32,000 nt of DNA from the NCBI RefSeq assembly GCF_001644705.1, contig NZ_CP015137.1, forward strand, positions 2,370,001 to 2,402,000, given 5' to 3'. Source of the DNA: Dickeya solani IPO 2222 (lineage in GTDB: Bacteria; Pseudomonadota; Gammaproteobacteria; Enterobacterales; Enterobacteriaceae). Positions 20,618-30,695 of this stretch are shown here, piece after piece; within the stretch, counting starts at the first letter, position 1; each line of letters starts with the position of its first letter. The notes below the pieces were generated by a model. That model was not told the origin of the DNA, made no database searches, and saw only the letters and a program-made list of their open reading frames with translations. A program made the translations under genes and the position numbers.

Positions 20618-22291
20618 TTACTGTGCTACGGATGCCCGATAGGTTATAAAGCCGCCGGACAGATTGCGGACGTGAAAGCCCCGTTGAATCAGCAGACGGT
20701 AGGCCACATGGCCGCGCAGGCCGGACTGACAGCCAACCAGAATTTCTTTGTCGGCGGGCAGTTCCTGCAAGCGCTGACGCAGCGTATCCAGCGGAATGTG
20801 CAGCGCATTCGGGTATTCGCCATGAAGGTGCAGCTCTTGTGCGCTGCGGATGTCCAGCAAGCACTGGGTCGCCGGGTCGAGGTTGATGATATCTTCAGGG
20901 TGGCAAATAGCCGTATCGCCCTGAAGCACGTTGTTGGCCAGCATGCCCGCCTGATTCACTACGTCCCGTGCGCTGTTGAACGGCGGCGCATAGGTAAGTT
21001 CAAGATCTTCCAGATCTCGCACCGTCAATCCTGCCCGTTGAGCGACGGCAATCACGTCGATGCGCTTGTCGACCCCGGTTTTTCCCACCGCCTGCGCGCC
21101 GAGAATCGTGCCGGTGTCCGGCGAGAACAGCAGTTTCAGTGAGATGATGCTGGCGCCGGGATAATAGCTGGCGTGGTCCGCCACATGGACATACACCTTC
21201 TGGTAGGGTGTCCCCGCGCGTTGCAGCGCTTTCTCGTTTATGCCGACGCACCCGACGGTGTGGTCGAATACCTTACAGATGGCGGCACCCTGAGTGCGGG
21301 TGTAATGGCGCTCCCGGTCCAGCATGTTGTCAGCGGCGATGCGCCCCTGACGATTGGCCGGGCCGGCCAGCGGGAACAGCGCCGGCGCAGAATTCACCCA
21401 GTCCGGGGTTTCCACCGCATCGCCGACTGCATAGATATGTTCATTCGAGGTTTGCATCCGTTGATTGACCTGAATACCGCCGCGGGCGCCCAGACGTAGT
21501 CCGGCTGCCTGTGCCAGCTGTGTTTCGGGTTTGACGCCGATCGCCATCAGCAGCATGCCGGTGGTTCGTTGCTGGCCGTCAGCCAGCGTCAGCGTCAGTT
21601 TGTGGCCGTCGCCTGAGATGTGATTACTGTATGGAGCGATAGCGCGTAGTCCTGCGTTCAGCAGCAATTCAACGCCATGCTGCCGTATTACCTGGTGCAA
21701 CGGCGCCGCCATTTCCGGATCGACCGGCGCCATCACCTGCGAATCGCGCTCCAGCAGCGTTACCGACAGACCGCGATTCGCCAGCGCTTCGGCGACTTCC
21801 AGCCCGATGAAACCGCCGCCGGCGACCGTGACCTGTCGGATATCATGCTGTTGCAGATGGGCCAGAATCCGGTCCATGTCCGTGATGGTGCGCAGGGTAA
21901 ACACACCGGGCAAGTCGACGCCCGGCAACGGCGGCACTATCGGGCTGGCGCCCGGACTTAGCAGCAGTTTGTCGTAGTGTTCGGTGTAGACCCGGTTATC
22001 CGCCAGATCGGCGATTTGCAGGGTACGGGCTACAGGATCGATGCTCAACACCTCGTGCCGCACCCGCACGTCAATATTGAAGCGGTCGGCGAAGTCCGTC
22101 GGGGTCTTCAGCACCAGCGCGGAGCGATCGGGAATATCGCCGCCGATATGATACGGCAGCCCACAATTGGCGAATGACACGTGAGGGCCGCGTTCCAGCA
22201 TGATGATATCTGCCGATTCCGACAGTCTGCGTGCTCTGACGGCGGCCGACGCGCCGCCTGCCACGCCGCCGATGATAATGATTCTGGTCAT
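20618..22291 (-). CDS. CoA-disulfide reductase / NADH-dependent persulfide reductase-like flavoprotein fused to a C-terminal rhodanese domain
   Basis: The 557-aa ORF has the N-terminal FAD fold IIIIGGVAGGASAA and the redox cysteine motif SFANCGLPY (Cys43, codon 22165-22163). A second dinucleotide fold, VAGGGFIGLEVAE, follows. The C-terminal rhodanese active-site loop is CQSGLRG (Cys521, codon 20731-20729). Confidence 0.85.
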   Translation of the reverse strand: MTRIIIIGGVAGGASAAVRARRLSESADIIMLERGPHVSFANCGLPYHIGGDIPDRSALVLKTPTDFADRFNIDVRVRHEVLSIDPVARTLQIADLADNRVYTEHYDKLLLSPGASPIVPPLPGVDLPGVFTLRTITDMDRILAHLQQHDIRQVTVAGGGFIGLEVAEALANRGLSVTLLERDSQVMAPVDPEMAAPLHQVIRQHGVELLLNAGLRAIAPYSNHISGDGHKLTLTLADGQQRTTGMLLMAIGVKPETQLAQAAGLRLGARGGIQVNQRMQTSNEHIYAVGDAVETPDWVNSAPALFPLAGPANRQGRIAADNMLDRERHYTRTQGAAICKVFDHTVGCVGINEKALQRAGTPYQKVYVHVADHASYYPGASIISLKLLFSPDTGTILGAQAVGKTGVDKRIDVIAVAQRAGLTVRDLEDLELTYAPPFNSARDVVNQAGMLANNVLQGDTAICHPEDIINLDPATQCLLDIRSAQELHLHGEYPNALHIPLDTLRQRLQELPADKEILVGCQSGLRGHVAYRLLIQRGFHVRNLSGGFITYRASVAQ

Positions 22292-22347
22292 AACAACTCC
22301 TCGAAACGTAAGGGTGGATGAGGTCAGGCTGTGATGTCGTGGTCGGC

Positions 22348-22392
22348 TTGACTACGATATACAATAATATATTATATAAAAAAATATATTAT
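22348..22392. promoter_or_regulatory. Divergent promoter/operator region: candidate sigma70 promoter overlapped by twin AT-rich palindromes
   Basis: On the plus strand, -35 TTGACT (22348-22353), a 16-bp spacer and -10 TATTAT (22370-22375) are present. On the minus strand, a perfect TATAAT sits at 22376-22371. ATAATATATTAT (22364-22375) is a 12-bp perfect palindrome. A second copy, AAAATATATTAT (22381-22392), has one mismatch. The 12-mer AATATATTATAT occurs twice, 17 bp apart. Confidence 0.45.
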
Positions 22393-22419
22393 ATTTTGCA
22401 AGCAAGAAAAGGTGACTTT

Positions 22420-22767
22420 ATGGAAGCGGCAGATTCGGAAATCACACAGCAGATGATGCGCGAGGCCGCGCACGGCGCGGCGGACGTACTGCGGGCGCTG
22501 GCGAATGACGACCGGCTGATGCTGATGTGTTTTTTGAGCCAGGGCGAGGCGTCGGTCGGGCAGTTGGAACAGGCGCTGGGGATTCATCAGCCGACGCTAT
22601 CGCAGCAGCTTGCCGTCATGCGGCGGTTAAAACTGGTGGCGACGCGGCGTGAAGGCAAACAGATTTTCTACCGTATTGATGACCCGCGCATCCTGACGCT
22701 GCTCAATACGTTGTATGCGTTGTACTGTCCAAAACCGGCCGCTGAAGGAGCCGATCATGACGATTGA
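22420..22767 (+). CDS. ArsR/SmtB-family winged-HTH regulator, BigR/SqrR-like two-cysteine (persulfide-sensing) type
   Basis: The ATG at 22420 (AAAAGG 8 nt upstream) gives 115 aa. The wHTH segment is SVGQLEQALGIHQPTLSQQLAVMRRLKLVATRREGKQIFYRI. There are only two cysteines, Cys37 (TGT 22528-22530) and Cys103 (TGT 22726-22728). No ELCVCDL-type metal site is present. Confidence 0.85.
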   Translation: MEAADSEITQQMMREAAHGAADVLRALANDDRLMLMCFLSQGEASVGQLEQALGIHQPTLSQQLAVMRRLKLVATRREGKQIFYRIDDPRILTLLNTLYALYCPKPAAEGADHDD

Positions 22768-23185
22768 TATGCAGGCATTTACCCCGTTGATGAGTCTGAC
22801 GGGCGGTGTGGTGATTGGCGTTGCGGTGGTGATGCTGGCGGTGTTCTGCGGGCGTATCGCCGGCATCAGCGGCATTCTCGGCGGCCTGTTGGGCCGAACA
22901 TGGCAGGATAAAGGATGGCGGCTGGCGTTTGTGCTGGGGATGCTCGCCGCGCCCTGGCTCTACCGGTTGGCGGCACCGCTGCCGGAAAGCGCGATAACCA
23001 TGCCGATGCCCTGGCTGGTGGTATCGGGCCTGTTGGTGGGGTTCGGCACCCGATACGGGTCGGGCTGCACCAGCGGACATGGCGTGTGTGGCTTGTCCCG
23101 CTTGTCGCTGCGATCGCTGGTGGCGACGTTGACCTTCATGGGGGCGGCGTTTGTCACCGTCTGGGCGCTGGGCATGTTCCGTTGA
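22757..23185 (+). CDS. YeeE/YedE-family (sulfur-compound transport related) half-size membrane protein
   Basis: The ATG at 22757 is preceded by GAAGGAG (22744-22750) and lies 11 nt inside the regulator gene. The 142-aa protein has about 4 TM segments. The conserved motif is [18 protein letters not shown] (Cys104, Cys111). Confidence 0.8.
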   Translation: MTIDMQAFTPLMSLTGGVVIGVAVVMLAVFCGRIAGISGILGGLLGRTWQDKGWRLAFVLGMLAAPWLYRLAAPLPESAITMPMPWLVVSGLLVGFGTRYGSGCTSGHGVCGLSRLSLRSLVATLTFMGAAFVTVWALGMFR

Positions 23186-23210
23186 GCATGACGCACGTCA
23201 AGGAGCGGAA

Positions 23211-23639
23211 ATGAATAACCTGTTTTCTTTTCTGGCCGGGCTGGTTTTTGGCCTCGGGCTGTTGATCAGCGGAATGGCGAACCCGCAGAAAGTGCTGGGC
23301 TTTCTGGATATTACCCGGCAGTGGGACCCGTCGCTGGCGCTGGTGATGGGGGGCGCGCTGGCGGTTGGGGCGCTCGGCTTTCGCCTGGTCGGCCGGATGC
23401 CAAAGCCATTATGCGTGGCGTCGTTTTCTCTGCCGCTAAAAAAAGCGGTCGATACGCCGCTGGTGGCGGGCAGCCTGCTGTTCGGCATCGGTTGGGGAAT
23501 AGCCGGTATTTGCCCTGGCCCGGCCCTGGTGCTGCTGTCGTATGGCACCGCGAAAGGCTGGGTGTTCTTTGCCTCCATGCTTGCAGGCATGGGGCTGTAT
23601 GAGTGGTTTTCCACACGCCAGCGTGCGCGTGCTCCCTGA
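23211..23639 (+). CDS. Second half-size YeeE/YedE-related membrane protein (from memory, often annotated DUF6691)
   Basis: The ATG at 23211 is preceded by AGGAG (23201-23205). The 142-aa protein begins [34 protein letters not shown] and contains [17 protein letters not shown]. It has about 4 TM segments and is paired with the preceding gene. Confidence 0.75.
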   Translation: MNNLFSFLAGLVFGLGLLISGMANPQKVLGFLDITRQWDPSLALVMGGALAVGALGFRLVGRMPKPLCVASFSLPLKKAVDTPLVAGSLLFGIGWGIAGICPGPALVLLSYGTAKGWVFFASMLAGMGLYEWFSTRQRARAP

Positions 23640-23653
23640 GGTTGGCGTCTGAA

Positions 23654-23685
23654 CCTGCCGAGGCTGCTGACGCGGCCCCGGCAGG
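23654..23685. terminator. GC-rich hairpin between convergent YeeE-like gene and fadA (possible terminator, no clear U-tract)
   Basis: The outer stem is CCTGCCG (23654-23660) paired with CGGCAGG (23679-23685). The inner stem is GGCTGC (23662-23667) paired with GCGGCC (23672-23677), with one G-U pair and a 4-nt loop. No T-run follows on either strand. Confidence 0.3.
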
Positions 23686-23691
23686 TGGGCG

Positions 23692-24867
<1,176 letters not shown>

Positions 24868-27057
24868 TTATGCCGGTTGGTGAAGAGAAAGATTGGCGTG
24901 AGGTTCAACCGCCGGGTAATAGCGCTGCTGGCGCTGCGCCATCTGCAACAGGCTGTCTGGCACAGCGTAAAGCGGCCCCAGCGACGTCAGCGACTGGGCG
25001 ATGTCTACATAGTGTTGGCTGCCCAGTGTATCCAGATAGCGGCAGGCGCCGCCGTGGAACGGCGGGAAACCCAGACCGTAAAGCAGCGCTATGTCGGCTT
25101 CCGCCGGGGTAGCGACGATGCCTTCTTCCAGACAACGCGCCACTTCGTTGAGCATCGGCACCATCAGGCGATGGATAATCTCTTGCGCGCTGAAGGTTCG
25201 CTTCGGTTCGCAGACCGCATCCAGCAAGATATCGGTCTGTTCATCCTGTTCCCGGCGCGGTTTGCCTTTGGCGTCCGGGTAGTAACGGTAGAAGCCCGCG
25301 CCGCTCTTCTGACCGAAACGCTGATGCTCCACCAGCACATCGACAGCGTCGCGGTAGGTTTTTCCCATGCGTTGCGGAAAACCTGCCGACATCACTGCCT
25401 GAGCGTGGTGGGCGGTATCCAGTCCGACCACATCCAGCAGGTAAGCCGGCCCCATCGGCCAACCAAACTGTTTTTCCATTACGGCATCCACATCGCGGAA
25501 ATCCGCACCGTCGCGCATCAGCAGATTGAAGGCAGCGATGTAGGGGAACAGTACGCGGTTGACGAAAAATCCCGGGCAGTCATTCACCACGATCGGAGTT
25601 TTGCCGATCTTGTTGGCGTAAGCCACTACACGGGCCAGCGTTTTTTCATCGGTCTGGGGACCGCGAATGACTTCAACCAGCGGCATACGATGCACCGGAT
25701 TGAAAAAGTGCATACCGCAGAAGTTTTGCGGCCGCTGCAATGAGGCCGCTAATTGCCCGATGGGAATCGTCGAGGTATTGGAGACGAGCAGCGTCTGCTC
25801 GCTGACGCAGGCTTCCACATCGGCCAGCACCCTGGCTTTTACCTGCGGATTTTCCACCACCGCTTCGATAATCAGGTCGGCCTGCTCAAGCCCGTTGTTG
25901 TTCAGTGTCGGGTGGATGTGGGCCAGCACCCCCGCCATGGTCATGGCGTCCAGTTTGCCGCGCTCCAACTGTGCGTTAAGCAGTTTGGCCGCTTCTTCCA
26001 TCCCCAGTGTCAGCGCTTTTTCACTGATGTCTTTCATCCACACCGGCACCCCTTTGCGTGCCGACTGGCAGGCGATGCCGCCGCCCATGATCCCGGCACC
26101 CAGCACCGCAACACGTGCCGGCGGCGAGGCGTCTGCGGCCCATTTTTTGGCGGCGCTTTTTACGGCCTGCTCGTTAAGGAAGACGCCGACCAGCGCATGC
26201 GCCGCCGTCGTTTGGGTCAGCGCGACGAAATTGTCGGTTTCGACCTGCAGCGCGGCGTCGCGGTGCAGCCCGGCGGCGGCTTCGATGGTTTTGAGCGCCA
26301 TCATCGGCGCGGGGTAGTGGCGGCCCGCCGCCTGTCGCACCAGCGCGTTGGCGGTAGCGAAACTCATGGTGGCTTCGATACGGTTAAGCCGTAGCGGCGA
26401 CTGTTTCTGGCGGCGGCGGTCACGCCAGTCGAGTTGGTCCGTCATTGCCAGACGCAGCATATGCAGGGCGGCGGGCAGCAGCTTGTCGCTGTCCAGGACG
26501 GCGTCAACCAACCCGACTTTCAGGGCCTCGCCGGCGGGCAAGTCTTTACCGGCGGTGATGATCTCCAGTGCGCCGTCCGCGCCCAACAGCCGCGGCAGCC
26601 GGACTGTGCCGCCGAATCCCGGCATGATCCCCAGTTTGACTTCCGGCAGACCGATGCGAACGTCAGGCGTCGCAATGCGGAAATCGGTCGCCAGCGCACA
26701 TTCGCATCCCCCGCCCAGTGCGTAGCCGTTGATGGCGGAGAGCGTCGGGACCGGCAAATCCTCCAGTTGACTGAAAATGGCGTTGGCTTCGGTCAGCCAT
26801 TGATGCAACGTTTCCGGCGGGGCGGCAAACAGCGACAGGAATTCGGTGATATCCGCTCCGGCGATGAAGGCCGGTTTATCCGAGCGCAACAGCAGGGCGC
26901 GTAGTGACGGTTGGTTCTTCAGGTGGTGTAGCGCCTCGCCAAGACTGGCTACGGTGCGGGTATCCAGTTTGTTGACGCTGCCGGGCGCGGCAAAAACCAG
27001 TTCGGCAATGCCGTCTTCCAGCCAGTTAAGGTACAGCGTGTCGCCTTGATAGATCAT
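24868..27057 (-). CDS. fadB: Fatty acid oxidation complex alpha subunit (enoyl-CoA hydratase / 3-hydroxyacyl-CoA dehydrogenase / epimerase)
   Basis: The internal ATG (CAT 27055-27057) gives [32 protein letters not shown] and 729 aa, like E. coli Fad[13 protein letters not shown] and the NTSTIPI motif are present. The track start at 27165 is an upstream extension across the operator. Confidence 0.97.
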   Translation of the reverse strand: MIYQGDTLYLNWLEDGIAELVFAAPGSVNKLDTRTVASLGEALHHLKNQPSLRALLLRSDKPAFIAGADITEFLSLFAAPPETLHQWLTEANAIFSQLEDLPVPTLSAINGYALGGGCECALATDFRIATPDVRIGLPEVKLGIMPGFGGTVRLPRLLGADGALEIITAGKDLPAGEALKVGLVDAVLDSDKLLPAALHMLRLAMTDQLDWRDRRRQKQSPLRLNRIEATMSFATANALVRQAAGRHYPAPMMALKTIEAAAGLHRDAALQVETDNFVALTQTTAAHALVGVFLNEQAVKSAAKKWAADASPPARVAVLGAGIMGGGIACQSARKGVPVWMKDISEKALTLGMEEAAKLLNAQLERGKLDAMTMAGVLAHIHPTLNNNGLEQADLIIEAVVENPQVKARVLADVEACVSEQTLLVSNTSTIPIGQLAASLQRPQNFCGMHFFNPVHRMPLVEVIRGPQTDEKTLARVVAYANKIGKTPIVVNDCPGFFVNRVLFPYIAAFNLLMRDGADFRDVDAVMEKQFGWPMGPAYLLDVVGLDTAHHAQAVMSAGFPQRMGKTYRDAVDVLVEHQRFGQKSGAGFYRYYPDAKGKPRREQDEQTDILLDAVCEPKRTFSAQEIIHRLMVPMLNEVARCLEEGIVATPAEADIALLYGLGFPPFHGGACRYLDTLGSQHYVDIAQSLTSLGPLYAVPDSLLQMAQRQQRYYPAVEPHANLSLHQPA

Positions 27058-27080
27058 GGTGTTCTCCACTGTTATCCGTG

Positions 27081-27097
27081 ATCTGGTACGACCAGAT
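27081..27097. promoter_or_regulatory. FadR operator of the fadBA operon
   Basis: ATCTGGTACGACCAGAT is a perfect 17-bp palindrome. As I recall, it is identical to the E. coli fadB FadR operator. It lies 24-40 nt upstream of the fadB ATG. Confidence 0.82.
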
Positions 27098-27238
27098 GTA
27101 AGAAATTGTGGTTTTGATGTTAATGAAATGCAAACAACACGTGAGGGATTTGCCGGGGGGATCACAGGGCGAGCAACGCTGCCGTCGCCGGGGCGCTGTG
27201 TTACACTGGGAAACAGGCTGTTATCAATGGGGATTGTG

Positions 27239-28570
27239 ATGGAAACGCTGACTTCTTTGTATCATCAACATGTGGCGACCCTGCAGCAACGCACGCAGGC
27301 GGTTCTGGCGCGGCATAATCTGGATGCCTTATTAATCCACTCCGGTGAGTTGATGATGGCGTTTCTGGATGATCATGCCTATCCGTTCAAGGTCAATCCG
27401 CAGTTCAAAGCCTGGCTGCCGGTGACGCAGGTGCCGAACTGCTGGCTATGGGTGGATGGGGTCAATACGCCGAAACTGTGGTTCTACTCCCCCGTTGATT
27501 ACTGGCATAACGTGGCGCCGGTGCCGGACAGTTTCTGGACCAAATCGCTGGATATCCAGGTGCTGCGCAAGGCCGACGATATCGGCCAGCAATTACCCGT
27601 TCAGCGTCAGCGGGTCGCCTATATCGGTTCCGCGCCGCAGCGCGCGCTGAATCTGGGAGTGGCGCCGGAACACATCAACCCGAAAGGCGTGCTGGATTAT
27701 CTGCATTACCACCGCGCCTACAAAACGGATTATGAACTGGCCTGCATGCGCGCAGCGCAGAAAACGGCGGTGGTCGGCCACCGCGCCGCCTACGAAGCGT
27801 TCCAGTCCGGTATGAGCGAATTTGATATCAATCTGGCGTACCTGACCGCCACCGGCCACCGTGATACCGATGTGCCTTACGGCAATATCGTCGCCCTCAA
27901 CGAACATGCGGCGGTGTTGCATTACACCCAGCTTGAACACCGGGTGCCGGCGGAAATGCGCAGTTTCCTGCTGGATGCCGGCGCGGAATATAACGGCTAT
28001 GCGGCGGATATTACCCGCACCTATGCCGCGCAGGATGACAACGAATATGCCGCGCTGGTGAAAGATCTCAACCGCGAGCAACTGGCGTTGATCGATACCC
28101 TGAAGGCCGGCGTGCGGTATACCGACTACCATTTGCAGATGCATCACCGGGTGGCGGTGCTGCTCAAACGCCATCAACTGGTGACCGGGCTGAGCGAAGA
28201 AGCGATGGTGGAGCAGGGCGTTACCTCGCCTTTCCTGCCGCACGGTCTGGGCCATCCGCTCGGCTTGCAGGTGCATGACGTCGGCGGATTCATGCAGGAC
28301 GACACCGGCACGACGCTGCCAGCGCCATCGGCCCATCCTTACTTGCGCTGTACCCGAATTCTGGAGCCGCGCATGGTGCTGACTATTGAGCCGGGCATCT
28401 ACTTTATCGATTCGTTGCTTGAGCCCTGGCGTCAGGGTGAACTGCGCCAGCACTTCAACTGGCAGAAGCTGGATGCGTTGCGCCCGTTCGGCGGTATTCG
28501 TATTGAAGACAATATTGTGGTGCACGACAAACGCATTGAAAACCTGACCCGTACGCTTGATCTTGCCTGA
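27239..28570 (+). CDS. pepQ: Xaa-Pro dipeptidase (prolidase)
   Basis: The ATG at 27239 gives [37 protein letters not shown] and 443 aa, like E. coli PepQ. The metal-site motifs [30 protein letters not shown] and TIEPGIYF are present. Confidence 0.95.
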   Translation: METLTSLYHQHVATLQQRTQAVLARHNLDALLIHSGELMMAFLDDHAYPFKVNPQFKAWLPVTQVPNCWLWVDGVNTPKLWFYSPVDYWHNVAPVPDSFWTKSLDIQVLRKADDIGQQLPVQRQRVAYIGSAPQRALNLGVAPEHINPKGVLDYLHYHRAYKTDYELACMRAAQKTAVVGHRAAYEAFQSGMSEFDINLAYLTATGHRDTDVPYGNIVALNEHAAVLHYTQLEHRVPAEMRSFLLDAGAEYNGYAADITRTYAAQDDNEYAALVKDLNREQLALIDTLKAGVRYTDYHLQMHHRVAVLLKRHQLVTGLSEEAMVEQGVTSPFLPHGLGHPLGLQVHDVGGFMQDDTGTTLPAPSAHPYLRCTRILEPRMVLTIEPGIYFIDSLLEPWRQGELRQHFNWQKLDALRPFGGIRIEDNIVVHDKRIENLTRTLDLA

Positions 28571-29184
28571 TGCAGTCATATCCGGTTCCTGCGGCGTCTG
28601 TCAGCATTCACGAAGAGAGTAAAAAGAGCCGTTTTATCACGCTGCTTGGCCCGGCCAGCGGCGTCGACGAGGCCCGAGGTGTAATTCAGCAGATGCGCGA
28701 ACAACATCCCTCGGCGGCTCACCATTGTTGGGCGTATGTCGCGGGCGCGCCGGATGATTCGCAACAGCTCGGGTTTTCCGATGACGGCGAACCTTCGGGC
28801 ACCGCAGGTAAACCGATGCTGGCGCAATTGATGGGCAGCGGCATCGGCGAAGTGGTGGCGGTGGTGGTGCGTTATTATGGCGGCGTCAGGCTCGGCACCG
28901 GCGGACTGGTCAAAGCCTATGGCGGTGGCGTGCAGCAGGCGCTGAAGCAACTGCCGCTGCAGCAGAAAGTCATGCAACGGATGTATCGGTTGCAGTGCGA
29001 CTATGCTCTGTTGCCCCAGGTCGAAACCGTGGTGCTGGCGCTACAAGGGCACGTCGTCTCGACGGAGTACGCCGGCGAGGTCTCGCTCCAACTGGCGTTT
29101 CCGGTAACGGCAGTGGAGGATGCGTCGCGTCGGCTGCGCGATATTAGCCGCGGCGCGTTGCATTTGCAGCCAATTTCACAATAA
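28570..29184 (+). CDS. yigZ: IMPACT-family protein YigZ
   Basis: The 204-aa ORF contains KKSRFITLLGP, HHCWAYVAG, FSDDGEPSGTAGKPML and VVVRYYGGVRLGTGGLVKAYG. The ATG shares one base with the pepQ TGA (TGATG). Confidence 0.9.
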   Translation: MQSYPVPAASVSIHEESKKSRFITLLGPASGVDEARGVIQQMREQHPSAAHHCWAYVAGAPDDSQQLGFSDDGEPSGTAGKPMLAQLMGSGIGEVVAVVVRYYGGVRLGTGGLVKAYGGGVQQALKQLPLQQKVMQRMYRLQCDYALLPQVETVVLALQGHVVSTEYAGEVSLQLAFPVTAVEDASRRLRDISRGALHLQPISQ

Positions 29185-29225
29185 TCCCAGCGCGTAATCT
29201 TGAATCATTTAAGGAAGGCTCCCTG

Positions 29226-30677
29226 ATGCACTTGCGTGCCATAACCCGCATTGTCGGACTGCTGGTCATCCTGTTTTCCGGCACCATGTTCATTCCCGGC
29301 ATGGTGGCGTTGATCTACCGTGACGGCGCTGGTCGGGCATTTATCCAGACGTTCATCGTGGCGTTGGTTATGGGACTGTTGCTGTGGCTGCCCAACCGTA
29401 AACACCGGCATGAACTGAAGGCCCGCGAAGGGTTTCTGATCGTGGTGCTGTTCTGGACGGTGCTGGGCAGCGTCGGGGCCTTGCCGTTTCTGTTTGTCGA
29501 GCGCCCCAACCTGTCGGTAACGGATGCGTTTTTCGAATCCTTTTCCGGCCTGACTACAACCGGTGCGACCACGCTGGTCGGGCTGGATTCGCTGCCGAAA
29601 GCCATCCTGTTCTACCGGCAGATGCTGCAATGGATGGGCGGCATGGGAATCATCGTGCTGGCGGTGGCGATTCTGCCGATTCTGGGCGTCGGGGGGATGC
29701 AGCTTTATCGTGCCGAAATGCCGGGGCCGCTGAAGGACAATAAAATGCGGCCTCGTATCGCGGAAACCGCCAAAACCCTGTGGTTGATTTATGTGTTGCT
29801 GACCGTGCTCTGCGCGCTCTCGCTATGGCTGGCCGGCATGTCGGTGTTCGATGCGATCAGCCACAGTTTTTCCACTATCGCCATCGGCGGGTTCTCGACT
29901 CACGACGCCAGCATCGGTTATTTCAACAGCCCCGCCATTAACACCATTATCGCGGTATTTCTGCTGATTTCCGGCTGTAATTTTGGTTTGCACTTTGCGG
30001 TACTGAGCGGGCGCAGCCTGCGGGTGTACTGGCGCGACCCTGAATTCCGGATGTTTATCGTCGTTCAGATGTCGCTGGTTGTGATTTGCACCCTCGTTTT
30101 GTGGGGGCACGGTGTGTACAAGAATGGTATGGAAACCCTGAATCAGGCGTTCTTTCAGGTGGTTTCCATGGCGACTACCGCGGGCTTCACTACCGATAGT
30201 ATTGCCTCCTGGCCGCTGTTTTTGCCGGTATTGCTACTATGTTCCGCGTTTATTGGCGGTTGCGCTGGTTCGACCGGCGGCGGGCTGAAAGTGATTCGCA
30301 TCCTGTTACTGTTCTTGCAGGGTTCTCGCGAACTGAAGCGATTAGTTCATCCGAATGCGGTCTATACCATTAAGCTCGGTCAGCGCGCGTTGCCGGAACG
30401 GATACTGGAAGCAGTGTGGGGGTTTTTCTCGGCTTATGCGCTGGTGTTTATCGTCAGCATGCTGGCCGTGATTGCGACAGGGGTAGACAATTTCTCAGCT
30501 TTTGCAGCAGTGGCCGCTACGCTGAATAATCTCGGGCCAGGGCTGGGAACGGTGGCTGACAATTTCACCTCCATGAATGACGCCGCCAAATGGATTCTGA
30601 TTGTTACCATGTTGTTTGGACGTCTTGAAGTGTTCACCATGCTGGTGCTATTTACGCCCACCTTTTGGCGGGAATAA
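29226..30677 (+). CDS. trkH: Trk-system potassium uptake protein TrkH
   Basis: The 483-aa ORF contains MHLRAITRIVGLLVILFSGTM, FESFSGLTTTGATT, GMGIIVLAVAILP and GSTGGGLKVIRI, and ends TPTFWRE. It is the same length as, and colinear with, E. coli TrkH. Confidence 0.96.
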   Translation: MHLRAITRIVGLLVILFSGTMFIPGMVALIYRDGAGRAFIQTFIVALVMGLLLWLPNRKHRHELKAREGFLIVVLFWTVLGSVGALPFLFVERPNLSVTDAFFESFSGLTTTGATTLVGLDSLPKAILFYRQMLQWMGGMGIIVLAVAILPILGVGGMQLYRAEMPGPLKDNKMRPRIAETAKTLWLIYVLLTVLCALSLWLAGMSVFDAISHSFSTIAIGGFSTHDASIGYFNSPAINTIIAVFLLISGCNFGLHFAVLSGRSLRVYWRDPEFRMFIVVQMSLVVICTLVLWGHGVYKNGMETLNQAFFQVVSMATTAGFTTDSIASWPLFLPVLLLCSAFIGGCAGSTGGGLKVIRILLLFLQGSRELKRLVHPNAVYTIKLGQRALPERILEAVWGFFSAYALVFIVSMLAVIATGVDNFSAFAAVAATLNNLGPGLGTVADNFTSMNDAAKWILIVTMLFGRLEVFTMLVLFTPTFWRE

Positions 30678-30695
30678 CGGATAAGGGAGCGTGCT

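Noticed and set aside
20574-20864. A 96-aa minus-strand ORF overlapping the 3' end of the CoADR-rhodanese gene in another frame.
   Set aside because: It is an out-of-frame overlap with a strongly supported gene. Its product is Arg/Ala/Ser-rich and it has no independent signals.
20464-23691. The possibility that the sulfur module is a mobile genomic island.
   Set aside because: There is no integrase, transposase, IS end, tRNA or convincing flanking direct repeat. Coding composition appears similar to the flanks by eye. Only a weak, partly coding repeat similarity exists at the edges, and it is reported separately at low interest.
26350-26361. GGCGGTAGCGAA, which resembles the RfaH-recruiting ops element (GGCGGTAGnnTG). 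It drew my attention because rfaH is in the window.
   Set aside because: It lies inside fadB coding sequence on the strand opposite to transcription. It does not match the 3' part of ops. It is not in an operon leader. It is most likely a chance match.
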